Shown: piece by piece, positions 1 to 9,765 of the stretch | Layout of the letters: each line of letters starts with the position of its first letter | Position numbering within the stretch: the stretch's first letter is position 1 | Source of the DNA: Setoptus koraiensis | Taxonomy: Eukaryota > Animalia > Arthropoda | Direction: 5' to 3' | NCBI GenBank assembly: GCA_048013815.1 | Contig: CM106586.1 | Span: forward strand, 3,968,001 to 4,032,000 | DNA: 64,000 nucleotides | Notes under the pieces: generated by a model | The model's database searches: none | What the model was told of the DNA's origin: nothing | The model's input: only the letters and a program-made list of their open reading frames with translations | Made by a program: the position numbers and the translations under genes

Positions 1-338
1 CAGCAGCTCTTCTGTTCGCAAATTCACCGAATTCGACCAATTTCTTTTGTTGATTAGAATCTACTGAGGACAACAGGATCTGGTACCAATTGACGTCATT
101 ATTTCGAATATACATTAAAGAGTTGCAAAACAGAGCAAATTCATCAACATCTGTTTTATCGTTATCTATTACTGTCTCATAACTCTCCAAAGCAGTTGGC
201 TCACAGTCATCGTCGGAGTCATATTCATCATCATAGTCCTCTGACTCGTAATCGTCTCCTATATCTTCAAAGTCGTCATCGTTATCACTGGCAGACACTT
301 TTTTGGTGATTTGGGTGATATTGAATGAATAAAATGAG
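1..338 (-). CDS. IPO7: Importin-7 C-terminal exon, partial (continues beyond position 1). Its 5' boundary is uncertain: exon starts at 338 or 297.
   Basis: Not in the ORF track. Manual minus-strand translation gives ...SASDNDDDFEDIGDDYESEDYDDEYDSDDDCEPTALESYETVIDNDKTDVDEFALFCNSLMYIRNNDVNWYQILLSSVDSNQQKKLVEFGEFANRRAA. This matches the acidic tract and the ETALE.Y...VDE...WY..L...Q.K.L...A..RRAA C-terminus of importin-7. An in-frame TAA at 343-341 requires an acceptor downstream of it. Confidence 0.85.
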
Positions 339-404
339 CTTTAAGTTAGACTAGTTGGTGGGAAATAAAAGAGAATAATTCACAGGTTGACAAAGAATAC
401 TTAC

Positions 405-3192
405 TTCCGACGTGATCTTGATCATCCTCCAGACAGTCGGCTTCATTATCACTGGCGATCTCATCCTCATCGTCTGTTTCACTATCTGAATCGGCATTGG
501 CCTTCTTTTGATAAGCAATTTTCAACTTTTCAAACAAGACTAAAATACTTGGAACTATTTGATTGGCAATCTCATTAACAACTGGCGGTCTCTTATCTAC
601 AGGTAACATAGCCATGGTGCATAATCCGATGACGCACATTTTCCTATCATGAAGACCTACAAATTCTGTGATATCTTTGAGCCATTGCTTCACAAATGTT
701 GCAAACAATTGCTGCGGTTGATCAGGTTGTAATGAATCTAATGTTGATAGTAATAATTCATAATTTGTGTATAAAGCAGCAATAACGATCTGTATCAGTA
801 AAGTTCTCAATTCCGCTGAAGTTACTTCCCTTCTTAATCTTGTTATAGCTAATTCTATGAATGAGGGAATGCAATCATTAATTTGGTTCTTGAATTGTAA
901 TATTATTATCTCTAATAGTTTAGCGGCGTAACTTTCTATCTCTTCGCCACATTTTGGATCGGTCAATATGGTCCTACACATATCAAATATAGCAACTAAA
1001 TTATCACGATTACTGATAAATGTCTGAGGGTCCACAGTGATATAGTTGTGTATTGGAGACATCATGTCGGTAAAGTAGTCGTATCCATCTCGTTTAAAGA
1101 CCGCATATAGTGTTTGGAAAACTCTCCATGATTCTTGGCTTACTTGATCAGTCGTAATTGTAGAAAGTAGTGTAGTCGCCTCCTCGTAAAGCTCAGCCAG
1201 TGATCTATCAAAAATTGTTATAATCACATTGACCACAATAGGCTCCAATTTGGCTACTACTTCAGGTTGCTCGTCCATCATAGTGAGTACGGTATCGATT
1301 GTGTTCAAAACAGCCATAGCAGATAAAGTCTTCTCGTCAGCTTCTTCCTCGGAAGAAGATATCAACTGGAGGAAAGTTGTAGCTAGATGATTTGTCATGT
1401 CAACAGCGATGATGTACAGATCATCGGGGAACACATAGACTATCTTCTGCAGTACTTGCATAACATCTTCACTTTCGGTGAGTCTAACAATCTGCAACAA
1501 TTCCATCGTGATGGCTTTGACATTGGGCCGGACCAATTCTTTTATGTTTTCTTGGCTTGATAGCAATGATAGTAAGCAAATAGCTGCCTCAACCTTAACT
1601 GGCAACTCTCGATCTTGCAGAAGACATGACTGAATAGACTGAGTAGCTGTGATAAGATTATTCTCTTGTTTGAAGTCTGTTTCAGCGAAATAGTTTAGCA
1701 CCCAACAAGCTCTGGCCCTCAAGAAATGATGAGGACAGCTAAAAAGTGGGAATACATATGCAACCAATAGTTGTTCTACTTGATCTTTGAAAATTTGCTT
1801 CTTCAACATTACGTGCGCAATAGAACCAACCATGTGTAAAGCGCCATCTTTGTGCTTGGGATCGGCTTGTGGATTATTTAGCACGTTCACTATGAGACTC
1901 ATGACTTTTTGTAACATATCCTTTCTCTTACCGCAACAACTGTGTAATAGAGTCTGACCTGCAGTTACTGGGGAAACATAGTCTTCGAAGACATCAAATT
2001 TGATACGTATGTACTCCCTTGGATCGGACTGCCACAATTCTTCGTCCTCATCAGAATAGCACATCAATGGAAATACTATTTTTTCGATAATTACCATCAT
2101 GTCCGTTTTGAGCATTTTCCAAGTTATTGAGTGTAACACTGCTGTATTTAAATAATTAAGAGTCTGCTGCATAACACGTGGCGAAACATAATTATTGGTG
2201 GCATATAACTCTAGAATTTTGATTATAGTTTGTATAACTATAACAGAGAAAGTTTTAATATACCAATCAGCAAATTCCTTATATTCCTTGTTAACATGCC
2301 CAGGTGAGCCATAACGTTCAAAGATTCGTGTTAGTAAATGAAGAGACCACTTTTTACATTTCCACCAGATAAGAGTGGGCCTTTCATCGGCATCTACATC
2401 CTTTTGTAAACTTTCCGGTATATCTCTTTTGGCCACCTCTATGATTAATTGCATCCAATTGCTGAACACCTCTCTGGTTAATACAACTAATGGCAGAGAG
2501 TACTGTAGTATTGCATGAAATATTTTCAAGATCTGTTTTTGCAATTGGCATGATTGCTCGGATAATGGTTCATTTTGTATAAGTTGCGTCATACGTTGAG
2601 TGATGACTGGCAATAGAATTTTAAGGGCCTCGATAAAGGATTGCCTATCGGCTATAGTCTTATATTCGAAAATTTTAGCTAATTGATATAATGTCACTAA
2701 CGCACCATTCCATTTGTTGGCGTCAGACATTTGGAGGTACATGTTTATCTTATCTATAACGCCTGGCCATTTATGAGGAAAATCATGCTTTATAATAAGA
2801 TTAGCCACACTAGATAGATGTGTACTGAGCATCCTCTGATCAGATTGCTGTACTATGGCATCCACGATTGCATCACGGATAACTTGTTTGTCTTGTTCAT
2901 GTATATTGAATTCTATTTCGCTGGTGGATTGGGATTGGTTGACATCCTGGCTACCGTCGTTAGCTTGGGCATTTTGAGCCTCCCAACATTTGTTGACATT
3001 GTTCTTAAGATATATAGAAGCTGCTTGTCTAATGTGAATTTCCAATTGTGGATTTAAAACAATTTGCAACAGGGCAGGTGTGAAGCCTATGATTTTATGC
3101 AAATGTTCCAATGATCTCTCAGCCGGTTCTCTAATCTCGGCTAGATTATTTGTGGTGGCGCGCAACAATTCAACTATCTTATTTTGATCCAT
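405..3192 (-). CDS. IPO7: Importin-7 (moleskin-like nuclear import receptor), main exon
   Basis: ATG at 3192 gives MDQNKIVELLRATT (the track starts at an upstream TTG). Family motifs: IRQAASIYLKN, IIKHDFPHKWP, WWKCKKW, RIFERYGSPG, DPREYIRIKFDVFEDY, KHKDGALHMVG, LRARACWVL, LPVKVEAA, GLHDRKMCVIGL. Similarity ends near a GTAAGT donor at 404 (alternative GTATTC donor at 400). Confidence 0.95.
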
Positions 3193-4576
3193 TATGAAGT
3201 CTGAGGCCAAGATTATACAGTCTTGTCACCAGATTCGAAGCCAATGTATGAGATGCGTTGATAAATGTCCGATGTGATATGTGATGGCAAGCTAATAAAG
3301 AGGAAACCTCTCAAATAAATAGATTAATTCAGAAGATGACGATGATAATATTAGATATTGCCAAAACGACGTACATTTGGTATGCGATGATCATCAAGAG
3401 TAAATGCGTGAACAGTGTGTGTTGGTGAGTAAGAGTAACAATCTAGCGCAAATCTCTATACTTGGATAGGGGCAGGGCATACGATGCCGACTTGTGCGCT
3501 GAACCAAGCGCGAGATTTAAACGGATGTCGCGTGTGAAACATGCGGCAGAAAAGAGCGTGCCTAACACTTGTCGTCGCGGTCGCCGACCAATGTTGCCAA
3601 GCCAATTCATTTTGGAAAATCAAACAATCAATTGATGTTGCATCACATACATCCTGCCATACATTAGAAATGTATGACAGGTGAGCAATGTGGTGTAGTG
3701 CACAATTTACATAATATCCATCAACTATCCGATTATGTATGACGTCCGAACAAACGCAGTGTGTGTGTGTGTGTCGGGTGGAACGTCAGCACGCGCTACG
3801 TTGCTCATTGACTACCTCGAATCACTCACACGCCAGCACCTATGGCAAGCTACGAAATTCTTTTTGGAGCCTCTGTTGCGGATCGCGAGTCACTTCTGAA
3901 AAGAATTGGACACTGCGAATCCTTGCTGGAGTCAAGGGGCGGGCCCCAAAACTCGCCTGAACATCGTTTGAATATCGCGCATTAACATTCCTGCACGCGG
4001 TGAGCGTTTGGAATTGTCATCCCCCATTCGAGTAGGCACAGATACAATGGGAAACGACTGGCCAAGAGGGGGTACGCACCATCTTGTACAGGATGTGTGC
4101 GAGGTCAGCATGTTCAGGGTATTTTAATGAGGTACTGAGGGTGCGCCAACGCACGCCGGGTATTGCTCAGATATGGGCGGTACACAGCGGTGTGTGCGAG
4201 ATGAGCGGCTGTTATATAATGTGCGAGCTTCTTTCTTCACTGAGTTATTGTTGGTTTTTTCCAGATAAAAACAAACCATCTGGCAACTATTTACATGTAT
4301 GCCGAGCTATTTATTTGTGACATCATTAGGAACAATAGATCGAGACCAAAAACACAATCTGACAATTGTCTAGGTCTGGTCGAGATGCTTGTGACATTTT
4401 TGTAATTGCCGCAGTTTCGCGCGATCTAACCAACCAAAACTCGCCTCATGTGACACTGGAGGATTAAAACAGCTGCACTGGAGACTTTCTCTTTATTCAT
4501 CGCTTTGCAACCACCACAGTCCTCAACGGATATTTAAATCTTTTTGTTCCTCTCGACACATGCCATCTATCTGATT
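3193..4576. promoter_or_regulatory. Divergent (head-to-head) intergenic region between IPO7 and NAE1; likely promoters and 5'UTRs
   Basis: About 1.4 kb between two oppositely oriented start codons. Its short ORFs show no recognisable homology. Confidence 0.5.
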
Positions 4577-6232
4577 ATGGACCGCTATGATAGACAGATA
4601 AGATTGTGGGGCCAACACGGGCAAAACAAATTAGCATCAAGTCAAGTTTGCCTAATAAATGCCAACGCTGTCGGCACCGAAATACTCAAAAACCTTTGTC
4701 TGCCAGGGATAGGATCTTTTTCTATTATTGACACGACCAATGTAACCATCGAGGATGTAGGCAGTAATTTCTTTTTGTCCCACGATAGCATAGGCAAAAA
4801 TAGGGGCCAAACAGCAACAGAGTATCTATCTGAGTTAAATGATGAAGTCTGTGGGCAGTACATTGAGGAGTCGCTAGAATCACTATTGTCTGATGGTAAA
4901 GATGACTTTTGGTCGAAATTCAACTGTGTTATTTGCTCAGGTCAATTCAAGATGGACATATTTAGAAAATTGTGTGATAAATGTTGGGAATTGAACGTTC
5001 CCTTAGTGGTTTGCAAGACATTGGGTTTCATCGGCTATTTGCGTCTTCAATACAAAGAACATCTCGTTGTTGATACACATCCAGACAACACAATAGTAGA
5101 TTTTAGGTTAGATAGGCCATTTCCAAAATTGAGGGCCTACCTGGATGGTATTGATCTAGATCTCAGTAATGATGTTGACGAAAAACTAGGCCAACATCCA
5201 TACATTGTGATTATATACAAATTTATTCGTCAGTGGCAGTCGATAAATTCATACCCCGACGACAGATTGCCAACGACTTACCAAGAAAAGCAGCAACTAA
5301 AAAACATGATTAAGAAAGTAAGTGATCGTCTAAAGAAAGCACGTGATAACGTTGAATTAGAGAATTTCCAAGAAGCCTACAAAGCTGTCAATACTGCAAT
5401 AAATCCTTCTCAGAAAATACCTGATGAATTGGAGGCTATTTTGAGTCATTCAACTAGCAGCGCAAATGTGAGTGGTGATAAATTTTGGTCAGTTATCAGA
5501 GCCATCAAGGTATTCATGGAGCAAAACGACGGCCAGCTACCGGTGTCAGGAGTTCTTCCGGATATGGCGTCTAGTTCGGCCAACTATATTGAATTGCAAA
5601 ATATTTATCGTATTAAGGCCAGAGAGGATGCAGACCGTATTTACAACTACGTACAAGAGCTCAACATGAACAGCGCTTCTCCAATGTGTATATCAATTGA
5701 TGAGGTTAGTTTGTTTTCAAAGAACATCAGACAGATAAATTTGTTGAAATCATCGCCTATATGTTATGAGCTAGAGTCTATCAGCGCCAGCAATTTCAGC
5801 AACACTGATAATGACGAGGATGACAACAATTCATTTTTGAGCTATTACATGTGTTTGCGAGCGGTGAATCATTTTTACTCTATATACGGTAGATATCCAG
5901 GAGAGCAGTACGATCAGATAGAATTGGATATAGGTCGTCTCAAAGATACCCTGAGAAAGAATTTAAGCGGCACAACATCGCCTAAGGTATTGGATGAGAA
6001 ACTTTACGAGATTTGCCGTTACGGCGGCAGCGAACTACACACTGTTGCCTCATTCATGGGCGGTTGCGCCGCACAAGAAGTGATAAAGTTGATAACAAAT
6101 CAATACGTTCCCATAAATAGTACCCTTTTGTATAATTCTATAAGCTCAGCAACAAAAACTTTAACTTTTGAGGACCCCAGCCCCCATCAGCAGTCAGTTG
6201 CGCATTCGCGGCAATCGCAGCAAGTGAAATAA
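4577..6232 (+). CDS. NAE1: NEDD8-activating enzyme E1 regulatory subunit (APP-BP1), intronless CDS, 551 aa
   Basis: ATG 4577: MDRYDRQIRLWGQHGQ...VCLINANAVGTEILKNLCLPGIGSFSIID. Also DFRLDRPFP, HPYIVIIYK, LPVSGVLPDMASSSANYIELQNIYR, EICRYGGSELHTVASFMGGCAAQEVIKLIT. These are the NAE1/Ula1 signature motifs. Stop TAA at 6230-6232. Confidence 0.96.
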   Translation: MDRYDRQIRLWGQHGQNKLASSQVCLINANAVGTEILKNLCLPGIGSFSIIDTTNVTIEDVGSNFFLSHDSIGKNRGQTATEYLSELNDEVCGQYIEESLESLLSDGKDDFWSKFNCVICSGQFKMDIFRKLCDKCWELNVPLVVCKTLGFIGYLRLQYKEHLVVDTHPDNTIVDFRLDRPFPKLRAYLDGIDLDLSNDVDEKLGQHPYIVIIYKFIRQWQSINSYPDDRLPTTYQEKQQLKNMIKKVSDRLKKARDNVELENFQEAYKAVNTAINPSQKIPDELEAILSHSTSSANVSGDKFWSVIRAIKVFMEQNDGQLPVSGVLPDMASSSANYIELQNIYRIKAREDADRIYNYVQELNMNSASPMCISIDEVSLFSKNIRQINLLKSSPICYELESISASNFSNTDNDEDDNNSFLSYYMCLRAVNHFYSIYGRYPGEQYDQIELDIGRLKDTLRKNLSGTTSPKVLDEKLYEICRYGGSELHTVASFMGGCAAQEVIKLITNQYVPINSTLLYNSISSATKTLTFEDPSPHQQSVAHSRQSQQVK

Positions 6233-6240
6233 TGTCAAAT

Positions 6241-6246
6241 AATAAA
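6241..6246 (+). terminator. Candidate polyadenylation signal of NAE1
   Basis: AATAAA 9 nt after the stop codon. Confidence 0.5.
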
Positions 6247-6539
6247 CCAATGAGCTTGCAATAATAATCATAGTTTGTGTACGACTTATTGTATGATTAT
6301 TGTCTGAAAATTTTTCTTGTCCACCGCCATTGTCTCTCGCGTGCTGTCTTTGACAAGATGCCAAAAGTAATCAGTGTGTGTCTCGCTAGTTGTTAGCTGC
6401 TTATCGGGCTAGCTGGCTGGCCGTCGCCGCCGCCTGTGGCTGATGACATCATTGGCGGCGGCCCGTTAGAGGTTGTAGAGGCAACTCAATTACGCAATAG
6501 TTGGATGTGTAGCTGGAAAGATGGCGCTCATTTTGCCAT

Positions 6540-6720
6540 TGTGAAACAGCCGCCAATGGGGAAACCTATACTATAGCGGCTATAGTATAAGGGCCGTAGT
6601 ACGGTCACCGCAGTAGCTCGGCAAAGTTGTTGGGCCCGGTCTCAGATAGATAGCGCTTGGCGCAAGCGCACCTATGTGCCATCGTAATCGAGAAGGCATC
6701 TTGAAAAGTGAGTGATTTCG
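6540..6720 (+). promoter_or_regulatory. Putative Neto promoter / first non-coding exon region
   Basis: CCAAT near 6553, a 23-bp palindrome at 6567-6589, and a GTGAGT donor-like site at 6708. It lies between the NAE1 3' end and the first Neto coding exon. Confidence 0.35.
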
Positions 6721-7246
6721 CGAATTCGCTCATTCTTTGTTTAGCGTGTTGTCGGATGAGAGAGAGAGGGAGACAGTGAAGATTATCAAAGCAGCAGCAG
6801 CGAACTTTAGCTAGTCAGCTCAAAACCGCCCTGGCCTAGATACTACGCACCACTGTTATATATATATAAAAATATAAATATATCTGCATACACACATATA
6901 TATATATATCCGCAGAGAGATATATGTATATATATATATATCTGTGTGTGTCTGTGTGCATATGTATATTTATCCAAGTCTATCTACACTCATGTTGGCG
7001 AGCTTAAAAAGAGGAGGCAGTCGCGGGGGAAACAGCAACAACAAGATGGTTGTTGTCTAGCTCAACGTCAATCAACATAGCGACATCATCAAAACAACAA
7101 CAGCGGCAGCAGCAGCAGCAGCAACAACGGCCAAGACGACGACGATGATGATGAAGACGACGACGACGACGACGCCGACGACGACGATAAAGATTCATGA
7201 GATACAAGAAACTAGGTTAGAATAGTTCCTTTAAAACTTTTATCTA

Positions 7247-7248
<2 letters not shown>

Positions 7249-7308
<60 letters not shown>
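7249..7308. repeat. (CA)30 microsatellite
   Basis: Uninterrupted CA run. Nearby are (GAC)n/(CAG)n tracts at ~7090-7190 and another CA-rich tract at ~8010-8083. Confidence 0.95.
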
Positions 7309-7312
<4 letters not shown>

Positions 7313-7570
7313 AATTAACGATGACGACGACGACGACGACGACAGCGACAATAGTCCACCAAGCAATATGTAACAAGACACAAGAGTCACACTAGTCATT
7401 TCGCAGAGGTGAAACTACAAACAACAAAGAAGTTGCATTCGGAGCCATTCGAACACACATACACACACACACACAGAGGCGAGAGAGATAATGGTTGCAT
7501 GTCGCGCTGATTTAGAGATCACAACACAAGAGAAATAAGCTTTTATTTTCTATATTATTATAATATCTAG

Positions 7571-7617
7571 ATAATAATCAATATCGTTGTGCCTCTTGGC
7601 CCCGTCTCACGTCTCAG
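7571..7617 (+). other. Neto: Candidate 47-nt 5'UTR exon of Neto, or a recursive splice site at 7617|7618
   Basis: Pyrimidine-rich tract and TAG at 7568-7570, strong CAG|GTGAGT donor at 7618, next good acceptor TTTTTGCCAG| at 8215. Confidence 0.45.
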
Positions 7618-8035
7618 GTGAGTGTGGGTGTGCGTGTGTGTGTGTCAGTGAAAGCGTGTGTGTGCGTGTGTGTGTGCTCGTCGGATTGCATCATTTGTGT
7701 TTGTGTGTGTCGCTCATTTAGTTGTATATATCGCGTCACATGTATATACATACATATGAAGATTGCCACTTTTTAGTGACTGTAAATAGAAGAAAAGAAA
7801 TTGTATGGCAAATAAAGAATCGTCGCTGTGGCTGTGGTCGTCGTGTTTGTCGTCCACTCGTCAAGATTAATCAAAGCATCAAAAGCAGCAAAAGCAGCAA
7901 CGGCAACGGCACCAAAAGCAGAGCAAAAAGAAGAGAGCCGCTCATTGTGAAATGGGCCCCTCAAAGTTTACACTTCTTTGCGGGCTCTACCAATCGCCGG
8001 TGATATAGCACACACACACACGCACACACACGCGT

Positions 8036-8078
<43 letters not shown>

Positions 8079-8239
8079 CACACAATTAATCAAGCAAGCA
8101 AGATGAGGAGAAAAAAAGGATGAAAAAGAAGAAATCAAGAAATCAAAAGCACCAGAATATACATATTATATTATATATTGTATAATTGTGCAAATCTTCT
8201 TAATGTTTTTGCCAGCTGCTTGGCGAGACATTAACAACT

Positions 8240-8492
8240 ATGTATCTCTTGAGCACCAAAGATAGTTATTATGACACAACCACAACACATTACACAATCA
8301 CAGCAAGCGCGTCACAGCAACAGCAGCAACAGCATCAGCAGCAAACAAGTGAAACCGTCGACACACCGATGCAACACCGTCAATGGTCAGTGATTTCGTT
8401 ACAGTCATTGAGCGTCACCTGTAAATCAAGAAAAATAATATTCTCGTCGCATCTGATTATTTTGTTAGCTCTTTCAAATGTAGCAATTAAAT
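8240..8492 (+). CDS. Neto: Neto first coding exon: start codon plus signal-peptide-like segment
   Basis: Acceptor at 8215 and CAACT-ATG at 8240. Translation MYLLSTKDSY...QQQQQQ...KSRKIIFSSHLIILLALSNVAIK has basic residues followed by a hydrophobic core. It ends in a phase-1 donor AAA T|GTAAGT (8493), matching the phase-1 acceptor at 57794 (T+GT = Cys85). M44 is a possible alternative start. Confidence 0.75.
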
Positions 8493-9012
8493 GTAAGTGT
8501 TCCCATCGCGCCATTCAAACTCATCTCAAGTAACTGTCGCATGCACCCCAAATATACCCATACAAAACATATACTACCGTTACATAATGGAACATAATAG
8601 AACATAAAAGAATATAATAGAATATAATATAATAGAATGGAATGGAATGGAATGGAAGCGTCCTCTTGAAACAATCGCAACAGAACTGACAATTGTCAAA
8701 TCGGCGACAGTGTCAACAATGATTAAAAGAGTGGGCCAAATTAAGCGGCCGTGTCATTCATCGACACGCTTATTAGCCGACCATCTAATCTAATAATGAG
8801 TCGCCCGTTGACCGATTGTTTAATTCAGTGGCGTCACTTAGACAGTCGCTCAATGTTAAAATACATTGAATGACGATGACACATGTATATAGAGAGTTAT
8901 TTATTTATATAGCTAATATAGCTGTCAATGTGACACTACTGTACAGTGCTGTTCAGTGCTGTACTGTAGTCGTAGTCGTAGTTGATATCGCTAATTCAAT
9001 TATACAACAATC

Positions 9013-9076
9013 AGACAATTAGTCAATTAGTGCATTAGTGCATAAGTGCATAAGTGCATCAGTCCATTAGTCCATT
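9013..9076. repeat. 8-bp minisatellite, 8 diverging units
   Basis: AGACAATT AGTCAATT AGTGCATT AGTGCATA AGTGCATA AGTGCATC AGTCCATT AGTCCATT. Confidence 0.85.
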
Positions 9077-9709
9077 GGAGCGCCAGCCAGCGAGAGAGAG
9101 AGAGTGGGCAAGCAAACTTGTGAGCAGCAGCATCTTATTTGAGCCTCATATAATGCAAGCTTTTGTTTATTTTGAGTGGCCCCTCGGCTGGGCCCCAGAC
9201 ACTGTAACAACACAACACAACACAACAGATAATAATTGCCCAGTGTCACATTTTCATTTAACTCCCGTGTTGACTGCTATCACCGCTAGAGCGCAACAAT
9301 GGCTGGCCAAGGAAAAAAAGAGCGCCCCGCATGGGCTAATTACTCACATTTATTGCCCCATGTATATCACTGATTATGTTACTGCTGTTATATGTCGCAT
9401 ATAATATTACTAATAATAGTACATTGAAATGGCCCAAAGATAAAACCGCTCACCTGATTATGGGGCCGGTGACAGCGAGAGCGATATATAATTATTTGCT
9501 TATTACGGTCGCCGACTGGCCAGCGACAACGATGCGTCGCGAGTGAATGGCTTTTTAATGGATTGGAACCGCACACAATGTGTGGCGAGCCAGCCAGCCA
9601 GAGATTGATTATAAATCTGCAATTTGCAATCTGTTACTTGTTGTGTCGTGTTGTGTCGCCCGTTTGCGACTTGGCCAGTTTGCGACTTGGTCAGTTCACG
9701 GCCCCATAC

Positions 9710-9765
9710 TTACGCAATGCGCCGGCATGCGATTTTGCAAAATCGCATGCCGGCGCATTACGTAA
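9710..9765. repeat. Perfect 44-bp spacerless palindrome (9716-9759), extending to 56 bp with one mismatch
   Basis: AATGCGCCGGCATGCGATTTTG|CAAAATCGCATGCCGGCGCATT, checked base by base. Confidence 0.95.

Noticed and set aside
346-404. C-terminal tail SKYSLSTCELFSFISHQLV of the tracked importin ORF, and its TTG start at 3210
   Set aside because: The tail is read-through into the intron, and homology resumes in another frame at 338 or below. The homologous start is the ATG at 3192.
3900-4200. Short matches to RNase P / U1 RNA words (GCGAGGTCAG) and GTGAGCAA (miR-87-like 5' end, 3681)
   Set aside because: Only 8-10-nt matches. The conserved CR-I/CR-V boxes, U1 5' end, Sm site and remaining miRNA sequence are absent.
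7722-8003. 93-aa basic ORF upstream of the Neto start
   Set aside because: It lies between donor 7618 and acceptor 8215 (intronic), has a non-ATG start and shows no homology.
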